DNA of 64,000 nucleotides from Alphaproteobacteria bacterium (lineage in GTDB: Bacteria; Pseudomonadota; Alphaproteobacteria; JAAXGF01): positions 2,464,001 through 2,528,000 of the forward strand of contig CAUVXB020000002.1 in the NCBI GenBank assembly GCA_963555825.3, in the 5' to 3' direction. This document shows, in pieces, positions 39,452-48,179 of the stretch. The translations under genes and the position numbers were made by a program. The notes under the pieces are model-generated. The model did no database searches and was not told the origin of the DNA. It saw only the letters and a program-made list of their open reading frames with translations. The stretch's first letter is position 1, and every line of letters starts with the position of its first letter.

Positions 39452-40666
39452 GTGACGACGCAAACGCTCAGCAACGCCCAGGCGCGTCGCATCGCGCTCG
39501 CCGCCCAGGGCTTCGGCGCGCGCCGGGCGGACGGACGGGCCAACTGGCGCCGGGTACGGGGCGCGATCGAACGCATGGGCCTGGTGCAGATCGATTCGGT
39601 CTCGGCGGTGGTGCGCTCGCACTACCTGCCGGCGTTCTCCCGCGTCGGCGCCTACGATAGGGCGCGGCTCGATACCAAGGCATTCGATCCGCGCCGCCGC
39701 GAGCTGTTCGAGTATTGGGGCCACGAATGCTCGCTGCTGCCGTTCGCGCTGCAGCCGCTGCTGCGCTGGCGCATGGCGCGCGCCGCGCGGCTCGACGGCG
39801 TCTACGGCGAGATCGGCAAGCTTGCGCGCGAACGCCCCGACTATATCGCCCGGGCGCTGGACCTGGTGCGCGAGCGCGGCCCCTTGTGTGCGCGCGAGGT
39901 CGACGACCGCGCCAAGCCGGCGGGCTGGTGGGAATGGCACGACGGCAAGGCCGCGATGGAATATCTGTTCTGGGCGGGCCAGGTCACCACCTCGACCCGC
40001 CGCGGCGGCTTCGAGCGCGTCTACGACCTGACCGAGCGCGTGCTGCCGGCCGCCGTGATCGAGACACCGACGCCGACCGAGGCCGACGCCCAGCGCGAGT
40101 TGACGCGCATCGCGGCGCGCGCGCACGGCGTCGCGACCGAGGCCGATCTGCGCGACTATTTCCGGCTCTCCGCGGTCGACGGCAAGCGCGCTGTCGCCGC
40201 GCTCGCCGAGGCCGGCGATATCACGCCGGTTCGGGTCGAGGGCTGGCGCCAGCCGGCCTATCTCGACGCCGGCGCCCATCTGCCGCGCTGGGTGCGCGGC
40301 GCGGCGCTGCTCTCGCCGTTCGACCCGCTGGTCTGGGAACGCGCGCGCACCGAACGGCTGTTCGACTTCCGCTACCGGCTCGAGATCTACACCCCGGCGG
40401 CCAAGCGCCGCCACGGCTATTACGTGCTGCCGTTCCTGCTCGACGGCCGGCTGGTCGCGCGCGTCGATCTCAAATCCGACCGCGCCACCGGGGTCTTGCG
40501 CGCACTCGCCGCCCACGGCGAGGACGGCATCGACTCAGGCCCCGTCGCGGCGGCGCTGGCCGCCGAGCTCGGTCGGCTCGCCGCCTGGCTCGGGCTCGAG
40601 CGCGTCACGGTCAGCCGGCGCGGCGACCTTTCGGGCGCTCTCGGCCGGGAGATGCGCGGTGCGTAA
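39452..40666 (+). CDS. YcaQ-family winged-helix DNA crosslink-repair glycosylase
   Basis: VQIDSV..RSHY, FEYWGHE, LLSPFDPLVW, YRLEIYTP..R.HGYYVLP; GTG start. Confidence 0.9.
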   Translation: MTTQTLSNAQARRIALAAQGFGARRADGRANWRRVRGAIERMGLVQIDSVSAVVRSHYLPAFSRVGAYDRARLDTKAFDPRRRELFEYWGHECSLLPFALQPLLRWRMARAARLDGVYGEIGKLARERPDYIARALDLVRERGPLCAREVDDRAKPAGWWEWHDGKAAMEYLFWAGQVTTSTRRGGFERVYDLTERVLPAAVIETPTPTEADAQRELTRIAARAHGVATEADLRDYFRLSAVDGKRAVAALAEAGDITPVRVEGWRQPAYLDAGAHLPRWVRGAALLSPFDPLVWERARTERLFDFRYRLEIYTPAAKRRHGYYVLPFLLDGRLVARVDLKSDRATGVLRALAAHGEDGIDSGPVAAALAAELGRLAAWLGLERVTVSRRGDLSGALGREMRGA

Positions 40667-41279
40667 GCCCGGCTCGATGCGCGGACTCGAGGACCTCGGC
40701 CGCACGCGCCTCTCGGCCAACTTCTACATGCGCGACTTCCTCTATTCCGAGATTGCCGACTTCTACGGCATCGCCAACATCCCGAGCGAACCCGACCTGG
40801 CGATCGCCGCCGGCCGCCGGCTCTGCGAGACGCTGCTCGAGCCCTTGCAGGAAACCTTCGGGCGCATCGCGATCCGCTCGGCCTTCCGCGCGGCCGAGGT
40901 CAACGCATTCGGCAACGCCCATGGCGGCCAATGCGCGCGCAACGCGGCCAACGCCGCCTATCACATCTGGGACCGGCGTGATGGCCAGGGTGCGATCGGC
41001 GCCGGCGCTTGCATCGTCATCCCCTGGTTCGCCGACCGCTACGCGGCGGGGGCTGACTGGCGCGCACTCGCCTGGTGGATCCACGATCACCTCGACTACG
41101 CACACCTCCAGTTCTTCCCCAAGCTTGCGGCGTTCAACATCCAGTGGCACGAACGGCCACTGCGCCGCATCGACTCCTTCATCGCGCCGCGCGGCTGCCT
41201 GACCAAGCCCGGCATGGCCAACCACGCCGGCCGCCACGCCGAGTGGTACGAAGGCTTCCCCCGGCTGAAGCAGGGCTAA
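40659..41279 (+). CDS. Conserved hypothetical protein (peptidase M15-like)
   Basis: RLSANFYMRDFLYSEIA, LLEPLQ..FGRIAIRSAFR; overlaps the ycaQ-like stop. Confidence 0.7.
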   Translation: MRKPGSMRGLEDLGRTRLSANFYMRDFLYSEIADFYGIANIPSEPDLAIAAGRRLCETLLEPLQETFGRIAIRSAFRAAEVNAFGNAHGGQCARNAANAAYHIWDRRDGQGAIGAGACIVIPWFADRYAAGADWRALAWWIHDHLDYAHLQFFPKLAAFNIQWHERPLRRIDSFIAPRGCLTKPGMANHAGRHAEWYEGFPRLKQG

Positions 41280-41518
41280 CGCACACTCCAACTGATTGAA
41301 ATCGACCAAAATTTACCAGCCCGCGCCAGTCTTATTGGGACAAGAGGGGGGCCGCCGACCGTTCGGCCAATCCTTGTGGGATCAAGAATGGCCTTATGGG
41401 ATAAAGAGTGGCCTTGCGGGATTAAGAATGGCCTTGCGGGATTAAGAATGGCCTTATGGGATAAAGAGTGGCATGCGCGGCGATTGAGCGCAGGTCACCA
41501 AAGGTGACCGCACAAAAA
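41276..41518 (+). repeat. Modular MITE-like repeat family A, copy 6, with five tandem 20-bp modules (41372-41471)
   Basis: Units CCTT-RYGGGATH-AAGARTGG x5 between CCGTTCGG and CATGCGCGGCGATTGAGCGCAG. Confidence 0.9.
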
Positions 41519-41534
41519 CCACCGCACCAAGAAC

Positions 41535-41696
41535 TCAAAAGTCGCTGACCCGGCCGTCCTTCTCCCAGTCGCCGTAGCGTGTCGGCTCGGGACCCTTTTG
41601 GCCGCCGACCTCCTCGGGCCGCTTGGTCGGCTTGCCGGGCGTCTCATCGTCGGGGCACGACGTGTTGTCGGCGTCCGGTTTCTTGTTCTCGGGCAT
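41535..41696 (-). CDS. DUF1674 (SDHAF4-like) small protein
   Basis: EVGGQKGPEPTRYGDWEKDGRVSDF. Confidence 0.9.
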   Translation of the reverse strand: MPENKKPDADNTSCPDDETPGKPTKRPEEVGGQKGPEPTRYGDWEKDGRVSDF

Positions 41697-41766
41697 GGAC
41701 CCATCTCTAGCCGATATCGCCTTGGACTGTCGACAGGCATCACGGCCTGGGTTACACCGCGCGGTA

Positions 41767-43056
41767 ATGACCGATACCGCACCCGCCCGTTCCGCCGCGC
41801 TCGATCTGCTCGACGCCGTGCTGTCGAAGCGCCGGCCGCTCGACGACGCGATCGCCGACCACGCCGCCCTCGCGCGGCTCGAGGCGCGCGACCGCGCCTT
41901 CGCGCGGCTGCTGGTCGCCACCACGCTGCGCCGTCTGGGCCAGATCGACGCGGCGATCGACCACTGCCTGACCAAGCCGCTGCCGGCCAAGGCGCGCGTC
42001 GTGCGGCAGATCCTCCGGCTCGGCGCCTGTCAGCTCCTGTTCCTCGACACGCCGCCGCACGCCGCGGTCGACAGCTCGGTTGCGCTCGCCGGGTCGCGCA
42101 CCAGCGCACCGTTCAAGGGTCTGGTAAACGCGCTATTGCGGCGCCTCGCCGGCGAGGGGGCGACGCTCATCGCCGCCCAGGACGCGGCGCGCCTGAATAC
42201 GCCAGATTGGCTGTGGCAACGCTGGACCGGCGCCTACGGCGACGCGGTGGCGCGCGCGATTGCGCAGGCGCATCTCGCCGAGCCGACGCTCGATATCACG
42301 GTCAAGGACGACGCCGCCGGCTGGGCGGCGCGGCTCGACGCTTTGCGGCTGCCGACCGGCACGCTGCGCCGACCGCTCGGCGGCCCGGTGACCGGGCTCG
42401 CGGGTTACGACGACGGCGCTTGGTGGGTGCAGGACGCCGCCGCGGCGCTACCCGCGCGGCTGCTTGGCGATGTCTCGGGCGCGGCCGTTTTGGACCTCTG
42501 CGCGGCGCCGGGCGGCAAGACGGCCCAGCTCGCCGCCGCCGGCGCCCGCGTCGTCGCGGTCGACCGCAAGCACCGGCTCGGGCGGCTGCGCGAGAACCTC
42601 GCGCGCCTCGGCCTCGACGCCGAGATCCACGCCGCCGACCTGACCCAATGGCGGCCCGAGCGGCCGGCCGAGCGCGTGCTGCTCGATGCGCCGTGCAGCG
42701 CGACCGGCACGATCCGCCGCCATCCCGACGTCGCGCGGGTCAAACGGGTCGCCGAGATCGGCCGCTTCGCGGCGCTCCAGGAACGCCTATTGGCGACCGC
42801 GCTTGGCGCACTGGCGCCGGGCGGTACGCTGGTCTACTGCGTCTGCTCGCTCGAGCCCGAGGAAGGCCCGGCGCATATCGAGGCACTGCTCGCGCGCGAC
42901 AGCGGCGTCGTCCGCGAACCGATCACGGCCGGCGAAGTCGGCGGCCTCGCCGAGCTGATCGACGCCCGGGGCGATCTACGCACGCTGCCCTCGCAGCTCG
43001 CCGAACACGGCGGTCTCGACGGCTTCTACGCCGCGCGCTTGAAGCGTTTAGCGTAA
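41767..43056 (+). CDS. rsmB: RsmB/NOP family rRNA cytosine-C5 methyltransferase with NusB-like N-terminus
   Basis: VQDAAA, DLCAAPGGKT, LDAPCSATGTIRRHPD, VYCVCSL. Confidence 0.9.
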   Translation: MTDTAPARSAALDLLDAVLSKRRPLDDAIADHAALARLEARDRAFARLLVATTLRRLGQIDAAIDHCLTKPLPAKARVVRQILRLGACQLLFLDTPPHAAVDSSVALAGSRTSAPFKGLVNALLRRLAGEGATLIAAQDAARLNTPDWLWQRWTGAYGDAVARAIAQAHLAEPTLDITVKDDAAGWAARLDALRLPTGTLRRPLGGPVTGLAGYDDGAWWVQDAAAALPARLLGDVSGAAVLDLCAAPGGKTAQLAAAGARVVAVDRKHRLGRLRENLARLGLDAEIHAADLTQWRPERPAERVLLDAPCSATGTIRRHPDVARVKRVAEIGRFAALQERLLATALGALAPGGTLVYCVCSLEPEEGPAHIEALLARDSGVVREPITAGEVGGLAELIDARGDLRTLPSQLAEHGGLDGFYAARLKRLA

Positions 43057-43073
43057 GCTGATAGGACACCGCC

Positions 43074-43730
43074 ATGCCGAAGCCGCGCATTGCGCCCTCG
43101 ATCCTTGCCGCCGATTTCGCCCGGCTCGGCGAGGAAATCCGCGCGATCTGCGCGGCGGGCGCCGATTACGTCCATATCGACGTCATGGATGGCCATTTCG
43201 TGCCCAACGTCACGATCGGGCCCGAGGCGGTCAAGGCGCTCAGGCCGCACTCAGACAAGCCGTTCGACGTGCATCTGATGATCTCGCCGATCGACGCTTA
43301 CGTGCCGGCCTTCGCCGAGGCCGGCGCCGACATCATCACCGTCCATCCCGAGGCCGGGCCGCATCTTCATCGTACCGTGCAGCTGATCAAGTCGCTCGGC
43401 TGCCGGGCCGGTGTCGCGCTCAACCCGGGCACGCCGGTCGACGCGGTCGACGGCGTGCTCGGCGAGGTCGATCTGGTGCTCGCCATGTCGGTCAACCCGG
43501 GTTTCGGCGGCCAGGCGTTCATCACCGCGACACTCGACAAGATCGCCGCGCTGCGCGCCAAGATCGACGCCACCGGGCGCGACATCGAGCTCGAGGTCGA
43601 CGGCGGCGTCAACAGCGAAACCGCGCCGCGCTGCGTTGCCGCCGGCGCCGACGTGCTGGTCGCCGGCAAGGCCGTGTTCCACGGCACGCCCGAGGACTAC
43701 GCGGCCAACATCGCGCGTCTTAAGGGCTAG
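43074..43730 (+). CDS. rpe: Ribulose-phosphate 3-epimerase
   Basis: [33 protein letters not shown]. Confidence 0.97.
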   Translation: MPKPRIAPSILAADFARLGEEIRAICAAGADYVHIDVMDGHFVPNVTIGPEAVKALRPHSDKPFDVHLMISPIDAYVPAFAEAGADIITVHPEAGPHLHRTVQLIKSLGCRAGVALNPGTPVDAVDGVLGEVDLVLAMSVNPGFGGQAFITATLDKIAALRAKIDATGRDIELEVDGGVNSETAPRCVAAGADVLVAGKAVFHGTPEDYAANIARLKG

Positions 43731-43736
43731 CCCGGA

Positions 43737-45401
43737 ATGGCCGAGCGCCGCGTGAAGTGGCCCGGGCGCGGGCTCGGCCGCCGTCTGCGCGCCCGCGCCG
43801 GCGCGGCCGTCGAGGGCGCGGTTTACGGCTCGTCGCTGTACCGCTTCAGCCTGCGCGGGCGCCGTCCCGACGCGCTTCGCTTCGCACCGTCCGATCCGAT
43901 GCCCGGCGACGCCGACCGCGGCCGCGCGCTGATCGGTGGTGACTACGGCTTCGGCGGCGAGCATGTGACGTGCGGCCACGGCGTGCCGTGGCGCAACGAA
44001 CGCGTCGGCCAGTCATGGCTCGTCGAGGCGCATGGTTTCGCCTGGCTGCGCGACCTCGCCGCGGTCGGCGGCGCCGAGGCACGCGCCGCGGCGCGCGCCG
44101 CGCTCGGCGATTGGATCGCCGACTGCGGCGACTGGCGGCCGATCGCCTGGCGACCGGACGTGCTGGGCCGCCGCATCGTCGCCTGGCTGAGCCACGCGTC
44201 GCTGCTGCTCGACGACGACAATGCGCTTGCGGCGCTGGCGCGCGCGAGCCTCGCCGAACAGTTGCGTCATCTCGGCCGAACCGCGGCCAACGCCGCCGAT
44301 GGCGAGGCGCGCATCGCGGCACTGATGGGGCTGGTGATCGGCGGGCTCGCGCTCGACGGCGGCGAGCGACGGCTGGCGCGCGGTTTGCAGCTGCTCGACC
44401 AGGAGATCGCCCGGCAGGTGCTGGCCGACGGCGGCCATGTCGAACGCAGTCCGTCGGCGCATCTCGCGGTGCTCCTGGATCTGGCGTCGATCCGCGCCGC
44501 ACTGGTCGCGTCGCAGACGCCGGTGCCGGATACGCTGCAGGGCGCGATTGACCGCATGGCGCCGATGCTGCGGTTCTTTCGCCACGGCGACGGCGGCCTT
44601 GCCCTGTTCAACGACTCGAACGAAGAGGGTCCGGCGGCGATCGACATCGCGCTGGGTCTCGGCGAGGCGACCGGCGCCGCGCCGAAGAGCGCGCCGCACG
44701 CCGGGTTCGAGCGCATCGCGGCGCGTCATTCGCTGCTGATCGTCGATGTCGGCGGACCGCCGCCCACCGACAGCCGCCATAGCCATGCCGGACCGCTCTC
44801 CTTCGAGTTCAGCGTCGGCGCCGCCCGGCTGATCGTGAACTGCGGCGCCCATGGCGGCGACCGTCCCGAATGGCGCGAGGCGCAGCGCGCGACGGCGGCC
44901 CATTCGACGGTCACCGTCGATGATACCAACGCATTCGAGATCGCGCCCGACGGGGCGCCCGCCGCGCGGCGCATCACGGCCACCGGCACGCGCAACGAAG
45001 ATGACGGCAACACCTGGCTCGAGGCGCGCCACGACGGCTATCAGGCGGCCTTCGGCCTGAGCCACGCCCGCCGGCTCTATCTCGACACCGAGGGCACCGA
45101 CCTGCGCGGCGAGGACTGCCTCTCGGGGCCCGGCGGCACCGGCTTCACCGTGCGCTTTCACCTGCACCCCGATGTCAGGGTCTCGCTGGTCGGCGAAGGC
45201 GCCGGGGCGTTGCTTCGCCTGCCGGACGGCGCCGGCTGGCGGTTGCGCGCCGCGGGCGCCGCCATGCGCATCGCCGAGAGCGTATATCTGGGCCGTCGAA
45301 ACGAGGTCAGGCGGTCGGAGCAAGTCATCCTGAGCGGCCCGCTGACCGGCGGCACGACGATCGTCAAATGGGCGCTCTCACGCATCGCGCGGGTGAGCTA
45401 G
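43737..45401 (+). CDS. Heparinase II/III family protein
   Basis: HGFAWLRDL, DGGHVERSP, HAGPLSFE, RATAAHSTV, HDGY. Confidence 0.88.
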   Translation: MAERRVKWPGRGLGRRLRARAGAAVEGAVYGSSLYRFSLRGRRPDALRFAPSDPMPGDADRGRALIGGDYGFGGEHVTCGHGVPWRNERVGQSWLVEAHGFAWLRDLAAVGGAEARAAARAALGDWIADCGDWRPIAWRPDVLGRRIVAWLSHASLLLDDDNALAALARASLAEQLRHLGRTAANAADGEARIAALMGLVIGGLALDGGERRLARGLQLLDQEIARQVLADGGHVERSPSAHLAVLLDLASIRAALVASQTPVPDTLQGAIDRMAPMLRFFRHGDGGLALFNDSNEEGPAAIDIALGLGEATGAAPKSAPHAGFERIAARHSLLIVDVGGPPPTDSRHSHAGPLSFEFSVGAARLIVNCGAHGGDRPEWREAQRATAAHSTVTVDDTNAFEIAPDGAPAARRITATGTRNEDDGNTWLEARHDGYQAAFGLSHARRLYLDTEGTDLRGEDCLSGPGGTGFTVRFHLHPDVRVSLVGEGAGALLRLPDGAGWRLRAAGAAMRIAESVYLGRRNEVRRSEQVILSGPLTGGTTIVKWALSRIARVS

Positions 45402-45417
45402 CGCCCCCCTCGCGAAT

Positions 45418-45496
45418 AATTAAGGGGACGTGATACTTAATTCCAACCAAATATTTATACTGTCACCACATAATTAAGTATCACGTCCCCTTAATT
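45418..45496. repeat. Perfect 25-bp inverted repeat (AT-rich REP doublet-like; possible terminator)
   Basis: AATTAAGGGGACGTGATACTTAATT (45418-45442) and its reverse complement (45472-45496), between convergent genes. Confidence 0.8.
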
Positions 45497-45523
45497 TGAC
45501 GGACGGCCCGCCCGGTGCACGGG

Positions 45524-46789
45524 CTAGAGCTCCCAGCGGCGCATGCCGGCAGGCAGCGCGGTATCGCGCCACATGCCCTTGACGTCGGCGATCAGCGCGT
45601 CGGGTGCGGCGATGCGCGCGAAGGTCTCGGTGGTGAAGCCGCGAAACGCGTCATGGGCGACGGCGCCGACGACCACGTCGTAGCCTGTCGCGTCGTCGAG
45701 CGCCCCGATCGGGCGCATGCCGTGGACCGACGCGGCCTCCTCTGCATCGGCCAGTGGGTCGTGGACGTCGACCTCGAGCCCGTGTGCCTTGAGACCCTGG
45801 ACGACATCGACGACCTGGCTGTTGCGCAGGTCAGGCACGTTCTCCTTGAAGGTGACGCCGAGCACCAGCGCCCGCCCGTCAACGACGCGGTCGGCGATCT
45901 CGTCGGCGACAAAGCGGCCCATGCCGTCGTTGATGCGTCGACCGGCGAGAATGATCTCGGGGTCGTGGCCCACTTGGCGCGCTAGGTGCGCCAGGTAGAA
46001 CGGGTCGACGCCGATGCAGTGGCCGCCGACCAGGCCCGGCCGAAAATCGAGGAAGTTCCACTTGGTGCGCGCGGCGTCGAGCACGTCGTGGCTCGAGATG
46101 TCCAGCTTGTGGAAGATGCGTGTCACCTCGTTGACGAAGGCGATGTTGATGTCGCGCTGGGCGTTCTCGATGACCTTGGCGGCTTCGGCGGTCCGAATGT
46201 TGCGCGCGACGAACACGCCGCCCGCGGTGATCGCGCCGTACATCGCCTCGAGCGTGGCTGTCGCCTCGGGCGTCTGGCCGGCGACCACCTTGGTGATGCG
46301 CTCGACGCTGTGCTCGTGGTCGCCCGGGTTGATGCGCTCGGGCGCGTAGCCCAGGAGAAAATCCTCGCCGGCGGTGAGGCCCGACGCCGCCTCGATCTCG
46401 GGGCCGCAGATGTCCTCGGTGACGCCCGGATAGACGGTGCTCTCGACGACCACCAGCGCGCCCTTGGCGAGCTGGGCGCCGACCGTGCGAGACGCGCCGA
46501 TCAGCGCGCCGAGGTCGGGCTCGCGCCGTTCGTCGACCGGCGTCGGCACGGCGATCACGAAGACGTCCGAGCCAGCCATCTCGGCCGGCTCGTCGGCGAG
46601 GGCGGCGGTGGTCGAAGCCAAGGCCGCCGGCGCGACCTCGCGGGTCCGGTCGTGGCCGGCGCGCAGCTCTGCGATGCGCGCCGCGTCGTGGTCGTAGCCG
46701 ACCACGTCGAAATAGCGCGCGAGCGCAATGGTCAGCGGCAAGCCGACGTAGCCGAGGCCAACCACAGAAATTCGCGAGGGCGAGGTCAT
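45524..46789 (-). CDS. UDP-N-acetylhexosamine 6-dehydrogenase (TviB/WbpO-like)
   Basis: VGLGYVGLP, ESTVYPG, PERINPGD, KVIENAQRDINIA, GGHCIGVDP. Confidence 0.93.
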   Translation of the reverse strand: MTSPSRISVVGLGYVGLPLTIALARYFDVVGYDHDAARIAELRAGHDRTREVAPAALASTTAALADEPAEMAGSDVFVIAVPTPVDERREPDLGALIGASRTVGAQLAKGALVVVESTVYPGVTEDICGPEIEAASGLTAGEDFLLGYAPERINPGDHEHSVERITKVVAGQTPEATATLEAMYGAITAGGVFVARNIRTAEAAKVIENAQRDINIAFVNEVTRIFHKLDISSHDVLDAARTKWNFLDFRPGLVGGHCIGVDPFYLAHLARQVGHDPEIILAGRRINDGMGRFVADEIADRVVDGRALVLGVTFKENVPDLRNSQVVDVVQGLKAHGLEVDVHDPLADAEEAASVHGMRPIGALDDATGYDVVVGAVAHDAFRGFTTETFARIAAPDALIADVKGMWRDTALPAGMRRWEL

Positions 46790-46824
46790 CGATGTCTTCC
46801 TGTTGCGGCGTGAACGTTGATCGT

Positions 46825-47023
46825 CTAGCGCATAATCCGATCGATTGGAATCGATCGGATTATGCCAGCCCGCGCCGATCTTATCCCAACAAGAGGGCGG
46901 GCCGCCGACCGTTCGGCCACCCTTGATCCCACAAGAACGGCTTGATGCCATAAGATTGGCGTGCGCGGCGATTGAGCGCAGGTCATCTTTGACGCGCGTA
47001 ATGATGACCGGACAATGCTCTAG
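46825..47023 (+). repeat. Modular MITE-like repeat family A, copy 7 (most complete ends)
   Basis: Imperfect TIRs CTAGCGCATAATCCGATC / GACCGGACAATGCTCTAG; one module at site 1 and two at site 2. Confidence 0.88.
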
Positions 47024-47042
47024 CGCCCCAACCGGCGCGTTG

Positions 47043-48179
47043 TCAATTGGCCGAGAGTCCGAGGCGGTCGAGCTGGCGGGCGATGACGCGGCGTTCGTCA
47101 TAGAACGTAGCGGCCCGTGCGCGGCCCGCCGCGCCCCAGGCTTCGCGCAGCTTCGGGTCGATGACCAAGCGATCGATCGCCGCACCGAGTGCGCGCGCGT
47201 CGGCGACCGGCACGAGCGCCCCGGTCTCACCGGCGACGACTTCCTCGCGCGCGCCGCGAATGTCGGTCGCGACGACCGGCAGGCCGGTCATCATGGCCTC
47301 GATGATCGAGCGCGGCATGCCCTCGCGATGCGACGCGAGCACGAAGACGTCGGCGGCGCGCAATAGCTCGGCAACATCGTCGCGCACGCCCAACAGGCGC
47401 AGCCGCAGCGCCAGTGATGGATCCGCTTGCGCCTGCGCGATGGCATCGTCGATCGATCGCGCGTGCTCGCTCGCCAGGCGCTCGCCGACGACCCAAAGAT
47501 GGGCGTCGACGTCGCGCATGGCCTCGAACAGCTCGGCATAGCCCTTCTCGGCGACCAGCCGGCCGACGCAGACGACGACCACGGCGGCATCGGGCGTGTC
47601 GAGACATTCGCGCAGCGCCCGGCGGCCGGCGCCGCCGTCGGTGGCCGGCGCGAAGCGCGTGACGTCGACGCCGTTGCCGATCGCCTCGATCACGCCGTCC
47701 GGGCACAGATTGTGGCGGCGCGCCGTCTCGGCATCCTCCTCGGCCTGGGTGAACAAGACGTCGGTGACGCGCCCGGCGAGCCATTCGAGCGCGATGAACA
47801 GGGCGCGCTTTGGCCAGGCCATGCGCTCGTGGAAATAGAAGCCGTGCGCGGTGTAGACGATGCGCGGTACGCCGGCGCGCCAGGCGGCGAGGCGGCCGAT
47901 CAGGCCGGCGACCGGCGTGTGCACATGGACCATGTCGAAGCATTCGGCGCGGAACAAAGCGACCAGTCGCCGATAGGCGCGGGCGTGGCGCGCCAGGTTG
48001 AAATCGCGCGAAAATGGCGCCGTCTCGACGCGCAGGCCGGTGTCGCGCACGCGCGCCAGCAGGGGCCCGTCGGCGCAGACCCCGACCACCTCGTGGCCGG
48101 CGTCGCGCTCGGCGAGCATCAGCGGCTCGAGGAAGCGATGGAGCGTGAAGTCGACCGCGCAGAGCTGGCAGATCTTCAT
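47043..48179 (-). CDS. Glycosyltransferase family 4
   Basis: HVHTP, YTAHGF, NGVD, EGMPRSIIEAM (EX7E). Confidence 0.93.
   Translation of the reverse strand: MKICQLCAVDFTLHRFLEPLMLAERDAGHEVVGVCADGPLLARVRDTGLRVETAPFSRDFNLARHARAYRRLVALFRAECFDMVHVHTPVAGLIGRLAAWRAGVPRIVYTAHGFYFHERMAWPKRALFIALEWLAGRVTDVLFTQAEEDAETARRHNLCPDGVIEAIGNGVDVTRFAPATDGGAGRRALRECLDTPDAAVVVVCVGRLVAEKGYAELFEAMRDVDAHLWVVGERLASEHARSIDDAIAQAQADPSLALRLRLLGVRDDVAELLRAADVFVLASHREGMPRSIIEAMMTGLPVVATDIRGAREEVVAGETGALVPVADARALGAAIDRLVIDPKLREAWGAAGRARAATFYDERRVIARQLDRLGLSAN

Noticed and set aside
41372-41471. Possible CRISPR array
   Set aside because: The units are contiguous 20-mers with no unique spacers and no cas genes are in the window.
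46790-47230. N-terminal extension of the sugar dehydrogenase through repeat copy 7
   Set aside because: Homology begins at MTSPSRISVVGLGYVG (46789); the upstream open frame overlaps the GT4 gene and is probably fortuitous.
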